DNA from: a virus
IMG/VR virus record: IMGVR_UViG_3300045988_174823
Length of the DNA stretch: 64,000 nt
Reading direction: 5' to 3' (one strand)
A model generated the notes under the pieces. That model ran no database searches and had not been told where the DNA came from. It saw only the letters and a list, made by a program, of their open reading frames with translations. Below, in pieces: positions 17,924 through 27,070 of the stretch (position 1 is the stretch's first letter; each line of letters begins with the position of its first letter). The translations under genes and the position numbers were made by a program.

Positions 17924-18930
17924 TTGCCTATCAATTTACAAGCTCTTGGTTCAAATGTAGAGCGTTGTTTACCTTCACCAATCTTCATTTTCCAGTACTT
18001 TTGATACTCACACAGCCACATTTCCACCTGGTGAAGTGATATCTCGCCCGACGGCGTGACGTAATACCCCGATTCAAGTTTGTGCCAGTGTAGGTACGGA
18101 AAATCGCCAAACGAAGATAACGCTGCCTGTGCCTCATCACGCAGGCGATATATACCGTCAATTTGACGCTTCAACGATGGGAACACCAACCGCAGCCCTA
18201 TGGACGCACCAGGCCCCACATTGGTATAGTCATCCTGGGTAAAGTGCATGAAACGGCGATAGGTATAGCGCGGTATGTAGGTGAAGTCTTGGTAGAATTC
18301 GTGAGCGATAAATGTCGCCGACGAAGGTAACTCCTGAAGGAACTTGATAATCTGCCCAGGATCGGTAGCCGTCAACACCGTCCGCATCAGTTTACCTAAC
18401 TTACGATGAAGCGTAGGCACAACCAAATGCGTGTAGCAGTAGTCGCGCGGTTTTCCAGGTGTGGCCATCGAATTGATGAGGTAGGCCGTGGTGTAGGGGT
18501 TGTTGCCTGTGGCACGGTACGACGTTATCATTTCCGCAAAGCGGTCCTCGTCGTATTGGTTATAATCCGGAATGCCCGCTCCCCAACCGTACTTTTCACG
18601 AGCATATTCAAACGTTTCAGGGTTGTTAAAATACCGGAACACCATCATCTTCCAAACCAGATTCGTCAGCGTTAATTCGTCATCCAGCAAGATATTACGT
18701 ATCTGCCACTGCGAATTACGATCCAGTTCACGATACACATTGGTGAATTTGTAATCGCGTAATATAGGATCATCAGTCCACGGACGCGGTTTCTGATCCA
18801 GGAACCGTCGCTTCCATATCATTTGGCGCTCAAACATCGTGCGGAAGAACTCGTGATAGTGTTCCTCGCTGACGTCAAGTGCGGCGTCAGGTAATTTATC
18901 AGCCCAAGGGTAATGATCAAATTTCGCCAT
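17920..18930 (-). CDS. aGPT-Pplase / 5-hmdU-DNA-kinase helical-domain-like protein (DNA base hypermodification candidate)
   Basis: 336-aa all-alpha-looking ORF. WKRRFLDQKPRPWTDDPILRDYKFTNVYRELDRNSQW matches my recollection of the conserved N-terminal motif of these families. Not verifiable here. Confidence 0.4.
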   Translation of the reverse strand: MAKFDHYPWADKLPDAALDVSEEHYHEFFRTMFERQMIWKRRFLDQKPRPWTDDPILRDYKFTNVYRELDRNSQWQIRNILLDDELTLTNLVWKMMVFRYFNNPETFEYAREKYGWGAGIPDYNQYDEDRFAEMITSYRATGNNPYTTAYLINSMATPGKPRDYCYTHLVVPTLHRKLGKLMRTVLTATDPGQIIKFLQELPSSATFIAHEFYQDFTYIPRYTYRRFMHFTQDDYTNVGPGASIGLRLVFPSLKRQIDGIYRLRDEAQAALSSFGDFPYLHWHKLESGYYVTPSGEISLHQVEMWLCEYQKYWKMKIGEGKQRSTFEPRACKLIGK

Positions 18931-19282
18931 TTTGTTTACGATAAGTTCTAATCAACAATTCACGCCGTGCCTCCGTGCTTTTTCCTACCAAATGCCGCAA
19001 CGCGGCGTCCGTAATCTTCATCAACGGACGCTTAGGGGCATTTACAAGTCGCGTTTCAGGCACGCCGAGGTTTACTCTTATGCGTTTACCTCGAATCGGT
19101 TTAAGGGACTCTGCAGCGATTAATGGACAGTAGTCGTTACCGTGAAACGAACGTATCACAAAAGTCGTCCGACCCCATACCTCGGGGTCTGCTACGATAT
19201 CGCCTATTTTGAAATATCTCCATGCGTTCATACAGTTAAAAACTTTGGCCCCGAAACGCTTACGAATCGGAGCCGTTGTCAT
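18917..19282 (-). CDS. hypothetical protein
   Basis: 121-aa ORF overlapping the upstream gene by 14 nt. Confidence 0.5.
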   Translation of the reverse strand: MTTAPIRKRFGAKVFNCMNAWRYFKIGDIVADPEVWGRTTFVIRSFHGNDYCPLIAAESLKPIRGKRIRVNLGVPETRLVNAPKRPLMKITDAALRHLVGKSTEARRELLIRTYRKQNGEI

Positions 19283-19315
19283 AACTACCTACAAAATAGA
19301 AACAGAAAAAAGAAA

Positions 19316-19993
19316 CTAAAACCCGAATATCGTCAGCTGACGAGGCGACAGCTGATAGCGTTCGTTGTCGGAAAGATTGGTCTCGAGAATTTCACACGTC
19401 TTGATGTCGGTAGCCACGTTGGCGTATTCACGCACCTTTTCGTTATACTCCTCGCGGCAACGACACATTTCAGGAGTAATCGGGTTCTCCTTTTCCTCGT
19501 CAACAAGCGTACCAGCCAATTGAGGACCGGGATTGCAATCGCGGTCCTCCCAGCTGAAGATACGGAACGGCAGTTCCATCTTGATTTCGCCCGTCCACCA
19601 CGTAGGCGCACTTTCGGTAGGTACGCCACCACACTCCTCAAGTTTACTCTCGATTTCAGCCGAGAGGACTTGCAATTTAGCGTTCAGCGACGGAAGAATC
19701 TCGGCCTTGATTTTGGCCTTGATTTCTTTGCCCAGTTTACTGAACTTGATGTTGGAATCGTAACCGCTGATGGCGTTCATGATATCCGACTTTTCGATTT
19801 CAGCCTGAAGAGCTTCCTTGGCGTCGTTGAAACAAGACTTCTCGATGGCATTGGCCATTTTCTCGAAGACGTTATCCCCCTTTTCCACCTTATCGCTTTC
19901 GGTTTCGTCGCCTACAGGGACAAATCCCTTCAGCATGTGTTCCTGGCGCTCAGCGCGAGCGCTAAGGATAGTTTCACGAATGTTTTCCATCAC
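19316..19993 (-). CDS. hypothetical acidic protein
   Basis: 225-aa ORF. No motif recognised. Confidence 0.5.
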   Translation of the reverse strand: MMENIRETILSARAERQEHMLKGFVPVGDETESDKVEKGDNVFEKMANAIEKSCFNDAKEALQAEIEKSDIMNAISGYDSNIKFSKLGKEIKAKIKAEILPSLNAKLQVLSAEIESKLEECGGVPTESAPTWWTGEIKMELPFRIFSWEDRDCNPGPQLAGTLVDEEKENPITPEMCRCREEYNEKVREYANVATDIKTCEILETNLSDNERYQLSPRQLTIFGF

Positions 19994-20174
19994 CGTTGCC
20001 CTGTTTAACAGCCTTGGCGGCCACGTACTTGCCCCACGCCCAATGAGCCACCACTCCCGCTACAAACGAGAATATAGCCACCAGCGTGTGAATAATCTTT
20101 GCCTCATGGGCGTAAATCACCGCAGCAATCGTCAAGACCACTGCAATAATCAGAATCCACATCCACTTTTTCAT
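19974..20174 (-). CDS. small membrane protein (two predicted TM helices)
   Basis: 66 aa, with TM-like segments WMWILIIAVVLTIAAVIYA and LVAIFSFVAGVVAHWAW. Confidence 0.5.
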   Translation of the reverse strand: MKKWMWILIIAVVLTIAAVIYAHEAKIIHTLVAIFSFVAGVVAHWAWGKYVAAKAVKQGNGDGKHS

Positions 20175-20193
20175 AGCGTCTTATCTTGGTTAG

Positions 20194-21186
20194 TTACTTT
20201 ATTAACATTCCGTAGAAGTCTTCAAGCGTGTACGCCTTTTTATAGTTGTATGAATCCTTCGTGTTGGCTACTTCCTCAGCCATCGTCACCAATAATTCTT
20301 CCTGACGCGGCCCATACACCGACGGTGACAACCACGTCAACTGGACGTTGAACAAAATCTGCCCTATTTCTTCGGTGCTCAACGGCACTCCAAGAAATTT
20401 CTCGAACTTGGATTGAATCCACAACGCCATCTTCGTAGAACTATACCCCTGGAATGTAGTCGGCGACGGAAGACGCCCATTCAGTTCTCCTTTCAACGAC
20501 TCTATAAAACGGTTAAATGCCTTATCGCCAAATCCACGACGCACCTTGGGGATATTATCCGACTTATCACCCATCAACACCTTATAGAGCAGAACCTCCA
20601 ACGCTTCAGTCGTGAGTACCTGGATGTCGGCATCCAAGTGTTCATTCCAAAACCCCTCTTTCCCTGGAAAGACGTAGAATTTCATGAACTTGGAGTTGTA
20701 GTTGAAGACCGAAACCGTTGGCGTTATCAACTGCCGAATATCGCTATCGGCCGTGAGTATTACGGTTTCTTCATCGGGGAGTTCATCCAGCGCGAAAGCC
20801 CACAACATCATCAGATCGTCACCTTCAGCGCCTGGCACACGTGTGACAATTAACCCGCGTTTACGCAGCAGCGCTTCAAACTCACCAAGAACCTCTACAA
20901 ATGCGTCGCTCCACGGTTCCTTCACACGCGTGAGGGCGTATTTGTAGTCTTCGTACACCTCACGTCGCCACGAATGAGAGTCGATGACTACCACCACGCG
21001 GTTTACGTCATCGCCAAATCGCCGCACCGCAGCGCACAGGTTCATCACGCATTTACGTATCAGAACCTGGCGCTTTTCGCGGTCGTCCAAGACCTCACAG
21101 AGATCTTCGTTGCGGTAGTACGTCGAAAATATCGAGAACGACAGATGGTACAGGAAATTCCCGTCAAATACGAGGTTTATTTTCAT
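20194..21186 (-). CDS. 5'-3' exonuclease / flap endonuclease (PIN-like, T4 RNase H / T5 D15 type)
   Basis: Motifs LVFDGNFLYH, VVVIDSHSWRREVYEDYKY, GAEGDDLMMLWA and ILTADSDIRQLI. Confidence 0.75.
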   Translation of the reverse strand: MKINLVFDGNFLYHLSFSIFSTYYRNEDLCEVLDDREKRQVLIRKCVMNLCAAVRRFGDDVNRVVVVIDSHSWRREVYEDYKYALTRVKEPWSDAFVEVLGEFEALLRKRGLIVTRVPGAEGDDLMMLWAFALDELPDEETVILTADSDIRQLITPTVSVFNYNSKFMKFYVFPGKEGFWNEHLDADIQVLTTEALEVLLYKVLMGDKSDNIPKVRRGFGDKAFNRFIESLKGELNGRLPSPTTFQGYSSTKMALWIQSKFEKFLGVPLSTEEIGQILFNVQLTWLSPSVYGPRQEELLVTMAEEVANTKDSYNYKKAYTLEDFYGMLIK

Positions 21187-22010
21187 TGCGCTATCTGGTT
21201 AGGGTTGGTATTCGAAGCAGCGATACCGCCGCGGGTTATATTAACCTTGCGACCATCCTCAAAACCCATCGACATAGCGTGGCTACTGCCAATATGCCCT
21301 GGGCGGGTGGAGCGTAAATTCTTGTAATTCTCAGCCACGTAGTCGTTCAATTTCTGGTCCGTACGCAGCACCAGCGCGTTCACTTGTACCTGAGCCTGGA
21401 GTTCGCGATCACGCTCTTCTTTAAGACGATTCTGAACGCCTTTAGCTGCCCCGGCCAGATACGACCTCAAGAACGTACCGCGGTGCATCCGCTTTTCGCC
21501 CGTAAATACCCGCATCAGCGCCTGCGAATCGTCATTGCAGTACTCCTCGTAACGTTTCAGTGCCAAACGGTACAACTGGCTCGCCAACACGTCAAACAGC
21601 CATTTTACGACCTCGATATTATGCGGCTCGCCAATAACGACATACTTTTGACGCATTTCACGCACCTCCTTGCCGTTACGGTTTACGCGACACTCACGAC
21701 GTTTACTAACTATCGCGTAGCAGAAATTGTACTTACAAATTCCGTACAGCAGGAATTGATCCCAGAATCCGCCACACTTACGGGACCAGCTGTCGCCGAG
21801 TTTTTCTTCAACGACGTTAGTCGCCTGCTCGTTATCGGCTACCGCGTCCAAGTCGGCCATCGAAAGATTGTACTGGGTGAGGAGATTCTGAATTTTAGCA
21901 GCGGCGTTGGCAGCTTCAGCCTCGGAATTGATGGCCTTTGCTCCTTCGTAGAGCCGCTGCAGTTTCTTCAGTTTCGAGAGAATTGAGTTGATGTCCTGTG
22001 TAGTTTCCAT
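21183..22010 (-). CDS. DUF2786-like phage protein
   Basis: N-terminal ILSKLKKLQRLYEGAKAINSEAEAANAAAKIQNLLTQYNL. The ATG at 22010 is preferred over the TTG at 22040, which lies inside the promoter-like repeat. Confidence 0.4.
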   Translation of the reverse strand: METTQDINSILSKLKKLQRLYEGAKAINSEAEAANAAAKIQNLLTQYNLSMADLDAVADNEQATNVVEEKLGDSWSRKCGGFWDQFLLYGICKYNFCYAIVSKRRECRVNRNGKEVREMRQKYVVIGEPHNIEVVKWLFDVLASQLYRLALKRYEEYCNDDSQALMRVFTGEKRMHRGTFLRSYLAGAAKGVQNRLKEERDRELQAQVQVNALVLRTDQKLNDYVAENYKNLRSTRPGHIGSSHAMSMGFEDGRKVNITRGGIAASNTNPNQIAQ

Positions 22011-22033
22011 AACCAATTTTGTTTTACGATTCC

Positions 22034-22092
22034 TTTCCAAGAGCGAAGGTACGGCGAAAAATCGGATTCTCCAAGAGAATTTGAAAAAATTT
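22034..22092 (-). promoter_or_regulatory. promoter-like repeat, copy P2
   Basis: Plus strand reads TTTCCAAGAGCGAAGGTACGGCGAAAAATCGGATTCTCCAAGAGAATTTGAAAAAATTTT. The sense-strand TACCTTCG box (22051-22044) lies 34 nt upstream of the ATG at 22010. Confidence 0.45.
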
Positions 22093-22383
22093 TCAACAAT
22101 CCATCACCAAATTACCTTTCAACTCCAATTCGTACAACCGTTCGGCATCAGGTTTGGCATAGCAGAATATCAGCTTACCACCACCTGCACACGCCAACGC
22201 TTGGCGATACACCTCCTTTATACGCGCGAATTCCTCACTGCGATAAAAATCATAATCGCTAACACACAACTCCCACCACCGCTCTTGATGAGACGCCCAG
22301 GCTATGACACCTGGGCGTTCGGCTTCGATACGCTTTACAGCGGCTAATAGTAACAAGGTATATTTCTGGCGATCGGCTTTCAT
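22093..22383 (-). CDS. hypothetical protein
   Basis: 96-aa ORF with an ATGA overlap with the upstream gene. Confidence 0.5.
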   Translation of the reverse strand: MKADRQKYTLLLLAAVKRIEAERPGVIAWASHQERWWELCVSDYDFYRSEEFARIKEVYRQALACAGGGKLIFCYAKPDAERLYELELKGNLVMDC

Positions 22384-22976
22384 AATGTAGCATCTTCCTC
22401 GCCGAGAGAGCGTGCCAACTCCACCAACAAACGGACGTGCACGTGTTCGTCGGCAACGATCTTATTAATGAGTTGGATAGCCAACGCGGAAGTTACAGTC
22501 GGCGTAGGGTTGTTGGCTTGAATACGCTGACTGAGTTTTTCATACGCAGAAATTGTGTCTTCTTCGGCGACGATATTAATCTGAACAGCTTCGGCTGCGC
22601 TTTTAGTCGTAATGTCCACTTTGGCTGCCGAAAATGCAGGTTGTGATACGTTACCCCCGATGTGGTTAATGAAGTCGCCTAATCGGTCGTAGTGCTTCAT
22701 CTCAGTAAGGGCGATGCCGAGGAACGTTTCGCCAATTTCGTCGAAGAGCATCCGCTGCTGCGTGTACTGGAGAATGGCCGTGAGTTCCGACGTGGGAGCC
22801 GTACCGACGTATGCCTTGTAGAACCACTCAGCCGGAACGCCGTCATCGGGTCTGGCCTTGGAAATATCAGGATAATCAACCGCGTTATTGGCGTAACGCA
22901 TCGACTCTACTAACGCGTCAGCCATCGCTTCGACGTTATCCTGTTTGGCGGGGTTATGTAAGAGAATCGTTTTCAT
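22380..22976 (-). CDS. ferritin-like di-metal carboxylate protein (Mn-catalase/CotJC-like four-helix bundle)
   Basis: Two E...ExxH pairs: SELTAILQY...LTEMKHYD and VAEEDTISAY...VADEHVHV. Confidence 0.6.
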   Translation of the reverse strand: MKTILLHNPAKQDNVEAMADALVESMRYANNAVDYPDISKARPDDGVPAEWFYKAYVGTAPTSELTAILQYTQQRMLFDEIGETFLGIALTEMKHYDRLGDFINHIGGNVSQPAFSAAKVDITTKSAAEAVQINIVAEEDTISAYEKLSQRIQANNPTPTVTSALAIQLINKIVADEHVHVRLLVELARSLGEEDATL

Positions 22977-22978
22977 GG

Positions 22979-23503
22979 CTATTTAATCGTTGAACCGAAC
23001 CCTCCGGCGTCGCGCATCGAAGGCGTCAACGTGTCGGTTTCCTCCACTTCAATATACGGCGCAGGGACGATGACCAACTGGGCTACAACGTCTCCTGCCT
23101 TAAATTCCTTGGTGCTCAGATTCACGTTTTGAGGCTTCATCCCCGCAACCTCACCGAAGACGTTGGAAAGTAATCCACAAACGCTCTTGAAGAACCTGTG
23201 AACCAGCGTAGGCAAATGCCACGTCTTCTTGTAACGAGCACGTATCGTGCCGCGGTAGCCAGGGTCGATAACCCCTGGAGCATTACACATCACCAGGTCC
23301 ATTTTTGAACAACGCGAATTCGGGACCAGCAACCCGCAATACCCCCTGGGAATTTCGACGGCGATGCCGGTATCGTATTCGATGTAATCTTCAGTTTCCT
23401 TTACGGTTACAGCCACGAGGTCCAGGCCGTTATCCTCACCACCAGGATGAGCATACGTCGGCAGTACGGCTTCAGGGTGTACTTTCTTGAATTTTACGGT
23501 CAT
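22979..23503 (-). CDS. dut: dUTPase (trimeric type) with a ~30-aa insertion between motifs III and IV
   Basis: Motifs NGLDLVAV, VPNSRCSK, GVIDPGYRGTI, GDVVAQLV and RDAGGFGSTIK. Confidence 0.85.
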   Translation of the reverse strand: MTVKFKKVHPEAVLPTYAHPGGEDNGLDLVAVTVKETEDYIEYDTGIAVEIPRGYCGLLVPNSRCSKMDLVMCNAPGVIDPGYRGTIRARYKKTWHLPTLVHRFFKSVCGLLSNVFGEVAGMKPQNVNLSTKEFKAGDVVAQLVIVPAPYIEVEETDTLTPSMRDAGGFGSTIK

Positions 23504-24315
23504 TTCTTGTATCCTTTTAAGTGTAATTTGACTTCTATCATTTCACGATCCTTCATCTCGCCACCCCAGTTGGTACACTTCTTGGTGCGGAGTGTGATGT
23601 ATTCAGGGAACGTTTCCCTTAAACGTTGTGACTCGGCGTTGGAGTTCTCGATAGTTCGGTACACAGAACAACCGCCAGCAGCGTTGGCTCCTGTCATTTT
23701 ATCGAACGAATACTGATACGAAACCACGTTATCCAACCCAGCACGACGCAGGCCACAAGCCAAGGCAAAATCCTCTTTTATAGGCCAATCACTGAACCTA
23801 ACAGGCTGGCTCAGATATTGCTCAATATTCAGCCCCCAAATGGAGAAGAACCGCCCATTAATTTGTACGTCGTGCGTCTTATCGCGGTTGAATGGCCTAT
23901 ACGAAAGAGCCGCCACGGCGTAGGTGTCCAACTGCTCCGCTACCCAGTCAAACATCATCGAATAGATGCATTCCTGGGCCTCGACGGTGAAATTGTCGTT
24001 GTTTACCACTACAGGGGTCTTGGCATCGTCTAAACGCAGTGAGAAAGACACGTTATCGTCTAAGAAAAAGACTCCGCCAAATCCCCTATCAGCGGCCTCT
24101 ACAACAATGTAGTCTCGTATGTCGCCTACACCGCGACATACCGTACTGTATTCCTCGATGGCGGCAACCTTACCGCCCCAGTTGCGTTGGTGAGCGGCCA
24201 ATTCGCCAGGGTGACAGAATACCGTTACGCGGCGACGGGCCTCAGGCGTTAGGCGCTGGAGGGTTTTCTGGCGGTCAATACGACCACGGGTGAATAGTGC
24301 TATCAGAGTTTTCAT
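23500..24315 (-). CDS. GT-A-like glycosyltransferase candidate, paralog-like to 4805-5608
   Basis: IALFTRGRIDR strand, VFFLDDNVSF (DxD-like), and a C-terminal AAGGCSVYRT...TFPEY motif shared with ORF 4805-5608. ATGA overlap with dut. Confidence 0.45.
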   Translation of the reverse strand: MKTLIALFTRGRIDRQKTLQRLTPEARRRVTVFCHPGELAAHQRNWGGKVAAIEEYSTVCRGVGDIRDYIVVEAADRGFGGVFFLDDNVSFSLRLDDAKTPVVVNNDNFTVEAQECIYSMMFDWVAEQLDTYAVAALSYRPFNRDKTHDVQINGRFFSIWGLNIEQYLSQPVRFSDWPIKEDFALACGLRRAGLDNVVSYQYSFDKMTGANAAGGCSVYRTIENSNAESQRLRETFPEYITLRTKKCTNWGGEMKDREMIEVKLHLKGYKK

Positions 24316-24334
24316 ATCACTTAAAACGATGGCG

Positions 24335-27052
24335 CTAACCTAACATATCGAATTTAAATCCGGTAGTCATACGCGACGCCGCCAAGTCGGCCAGCCAAAA
24401 CGACGACGAAATATCATCGTGACTACCGACACTCTCCAGCCCTTTTTCGGTAAAGGCAACGGAACCGAGGTCTTGGAAGATGAGGTCCTTGACCTGCTGA
24501 GAATAAACGTTACCTATCGGGATGTGGATTTTGCCGCGCTCGAACAACGTCGAAAGGTGCGGCCATCCGGTCTTCAGGTCGTACTTATCAATTCCCGTAG
24601 TGTGACCAATAACGGGCATACCCTCGGTGTCGGCTGTCTCGACGAATATCTGTTGGAATGTGTTATTCTCCATCACGATAAGGTCAGGCCGGAAGCGGGA
24701 GTTGATACGGCGCAGAACGTTCATCTGCTCGAAAAACTTGGCACCTTTTTCACGGTAGAGGTGCAACAGCCAGCGCTCGTCGGTCAATTCGTCAATACCC
24801 CATACGCTAAATACGGCGTAGTCGGCGCCGACGTTGGCTGAAATAGCGAAGTCGCACCCGACAACCACTTTAGAGAACTTAATGGGGAATTCTTCGCGCG
24901 AATCAACCAACGTGTAATTTTCCATCCGCAGTAGCGAACGCGTGAGGATTTCCATCGGGAAGATTGACGACTCGTTGGTAATCGGGCGACAAAGGTTCTC
25001 ACGCGAGAAGATGATTGAACCCTGGGTCTCCTTTTTATCCATCAGGTCCTTAAACGACCAACGCTGGGGCCAAAGGATTCGTCCGTCGGGGAAGATGGCT
25101 GGATACTCGATAACGAACCAACCGTTCTTGGTCTTCAGGTCGCCGTAAAGGTCTTCGGCGTGGAACGGCGTACCGACGACGATAATCTGGCCACCAGGTA
25201 CGAGCATATTCATGATTACGGAGTGGAAATAGTCGGTGGACTTATTTCGTTGGAGACTGGAGTAAATGACGTTGTCCTTCAAGCCGTCATCTACGATAAT
25301 CCAATACGGGTGAGCACCACGCACCGACGATCCAAAACCTTTTCCCGTCAAACGTGCTCCGTTACGGCACACGATATTGGTAGCCGACCAGTTGTTGGCT
25401 GTCGATTGGGGAAACAGCCGTTCCTTCAATATCTCGTTTTCCTCAATAGTGCCTTTCAGAATCTCCAAAAGGTCCACACTCTGTTGTAACGAGAACGAGA
25501 ACAAGAATCCGCGATTTGATGAAGCTGCCGCAGGTCGTTTCGAGTAGCGGGTGGTTGACGGCTTCTTGTAACGGTATAGCTGCCACGCGGCGTAGGCGTT
25601 GGAGAAATAGAACGAGTTGTGCGTAACCGTACCGTCACCCAGCACGAAGCGGTGGTCGCCGTCGGTGGTGATAGATATGTAGTCACCTTCACCCGCGGGC
25701 GTGATCTTCAACGACGATACCACCGTAGGGTGTACGCCGTCGATAGTGCCCCAGTCCTTGTGTGACGTCTTGGCGGCCCAGTCGGTTTGGACCTTTTTAC
25801 GAGCGATCTTTACTGGGATGCGGTCCAGTTCACCAGAAATAGTCACGCACCACGACGAATAGTCGCGGCCTAACGCTTTACAATACCGCGTTCCACCACC
25901 CATTCGGGTACAGAAGCCAAGGCTGTCGGCCAAGTTCTTCACGTCACACACCAACTGGTAGTTCGTATTACCGAAGTGATAGCCGCCCTGCCAATAGTTA
26001 CCGTCGGAATCGATCAACCCAGCCAACACCTGAAGACGAACTTCTTCGCTGTTGACGAGGTACTGCTCCGGAATGTGCTTATTGTAGAGCAGGTTGTAAC
26101 CCTTGAGCATCCTTTCCAGCGGGTTACGCTTACCGCGGCCACGAACGTCAATTCCAAGTGTCACTACCATACCATTTTGGCCATAGTGAAGCCCCAAGCG
26201 CTCGGCGTAAGAGTGTAAGTACTCACACACTTCAGGGTCGGCGGTGGTGATCTTCTGGTTGTTGGAGTTGCCGTCGCCTAACCAGTACCCAAGAAAATAT
26301 GGTTCCAACCCCACGGGCCGCGTGGGGTACTGCACTGCCACCTTGAAACCGCGGTAACGTTCCTTCACCCAGTTCGGGGTCTTGCTTAAAAGCGTCGGAA
26401 TATCAATATCCACTATCCGCTTCGACGCTGTAGCGATGGAACCGTTGCGGTCCTTCTCGATCAGCGTACAAATGTGGCGTGAGTTGACGGTGTGGCTATC
26501 ACCGCGCGACTGGTCGATACGGTACATCATCGAATCGTGGCCACGGCGCGTAGCAACCACGCGGCGGGGCTTAGAGTCGATGCCCATCAACAAGTCGCCA
26601 ACCACAACGTCTTCGACCTTTTTGATAGTTCCGTCGTACATTCGGACGGGGGTTCCGACGGCTTCGCACTTTCCGTGGTCACGCGCTGCGTTGATACACA
26701 ATTTCTTGTGGTTATGGACTAATTCACCCCATTCCAGGTGGTGCCACGACAGCTGGAAGTCAGGGATAACAGAGGTGATGAAATACGTCAAGTTGGCGCA
26801 TCGTAGGGTATCTTCTACGACGGCCGAAACGTTTTCTTCGTAGCGGGGTTTGAAGTCAATCGACGCGTCACCCGTGTACATAATACGATATGTGTCCTCC
26901 AACAGAGCGTCGAATATCGTATCAACGTCGTGTATATCGCCACTCATCATCTCATTCAACCCACGCTCGTCCATACCCTCGATTATTTCATCAACGAGGT
27001 CTAAACAAGCCAAACGGTGCGTAACCGAGGGTGCTGTAATCTGAGGTATCAT
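24335..27052 (-). CDS. terL: terminase large subunit interrupted by an intein in the Walker A motif
   Basis: Removing residues 129-479 gives NAARDHGK-SFYFS (P-loop). The remaining ~550 aa have a terminase-like layout. Confidence 0.8.
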   Translation of the reverse strand: MIPQITAPSVTHRLACLDLVDEIIEGMDERGLNEMMSGDIHDVDTIFDALLEDTYRIMYTGDASIDFKPRYEENVSAVVEDTLRCANLTYFITSVIPDFQLSWHHLEWGELVHNHKKLCINAARDHGKCEAVGTPVRMYDGTIKKVEDVVVGDLLMGIDSKPRRVVATRRGHDSMMYRIDQSRGDSHTVNSRHICTLIEKDRNGSIATASKRIVDIDIPTLLSKTPNWVKERYRGFKVAVQYPTRPVGLEPYFLGYWLGDGNSNNQKITTADPEVCEYLHSYAERLGLHYGQNGMVVTLGIDVRGRGKRNPLERMLKGYNLLYNKHIPEQYLVNSEEVRLQVLAGLIDSDGNYWQGGYHFGNTNYQLVCDVKNLADSLGFCTRMGGGTRYCKALGRDYSSWCVTISGELDRIPVKIARKKVQTDWAAKTSHKDWGTIDGVHPTVVSSLKITPAGEGDYISITTDGDHRFVLGDGTVTHNSFYFSNAYAAWQLYRYKKPSTTRYSKRPAAASSNRGFLFSFSLQQSVDLLEILKGTIEENEILKERLFPQSTANNWSATNIVCRNGARLTGKGFGSSVRGAHPYWIIVDDGLKDNVIYSSLQRNKSTDYFHSVIMNMLVPGGQIIVVGTPFHAEDLYGDLKTKNGWFVIEYPAIFPDGRILWPQRWSFKDLMDKKETQGSIIFSRENLCRPITNESSIFPMEILTRSLLRMENYTLVDSREEFPIKFSKVVVGCDFAISANVGADYAVFSVWGIDELTDERWLLHLYREKGAKFFEQMNVLRRINSRFRPDLIVMENNTFQQIFVETADTEGMPVIGHTTGIDKYDLKTGWPHLSTLFERGKIHIPIGNVYSQQVKDLIFQDLGSVAFTEKGLESVGSHDDISSSFWLADLAASRMTTGFKFDMLG
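25616..26668 (-). mobile_element. intein (351 aa) with LAGLIDADG homing endonuclease
   Basis: Starts with Cys (tgc, 26668-26666) and ends VTHN (aac, 25618-25616), followed by +1 Ser. Contains LGYWLGDGNS and LAGLIDSDGNY. Confidence 0.8.
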
Positions 27053-27070
27053 AGCTTCGGTATTAATAGC

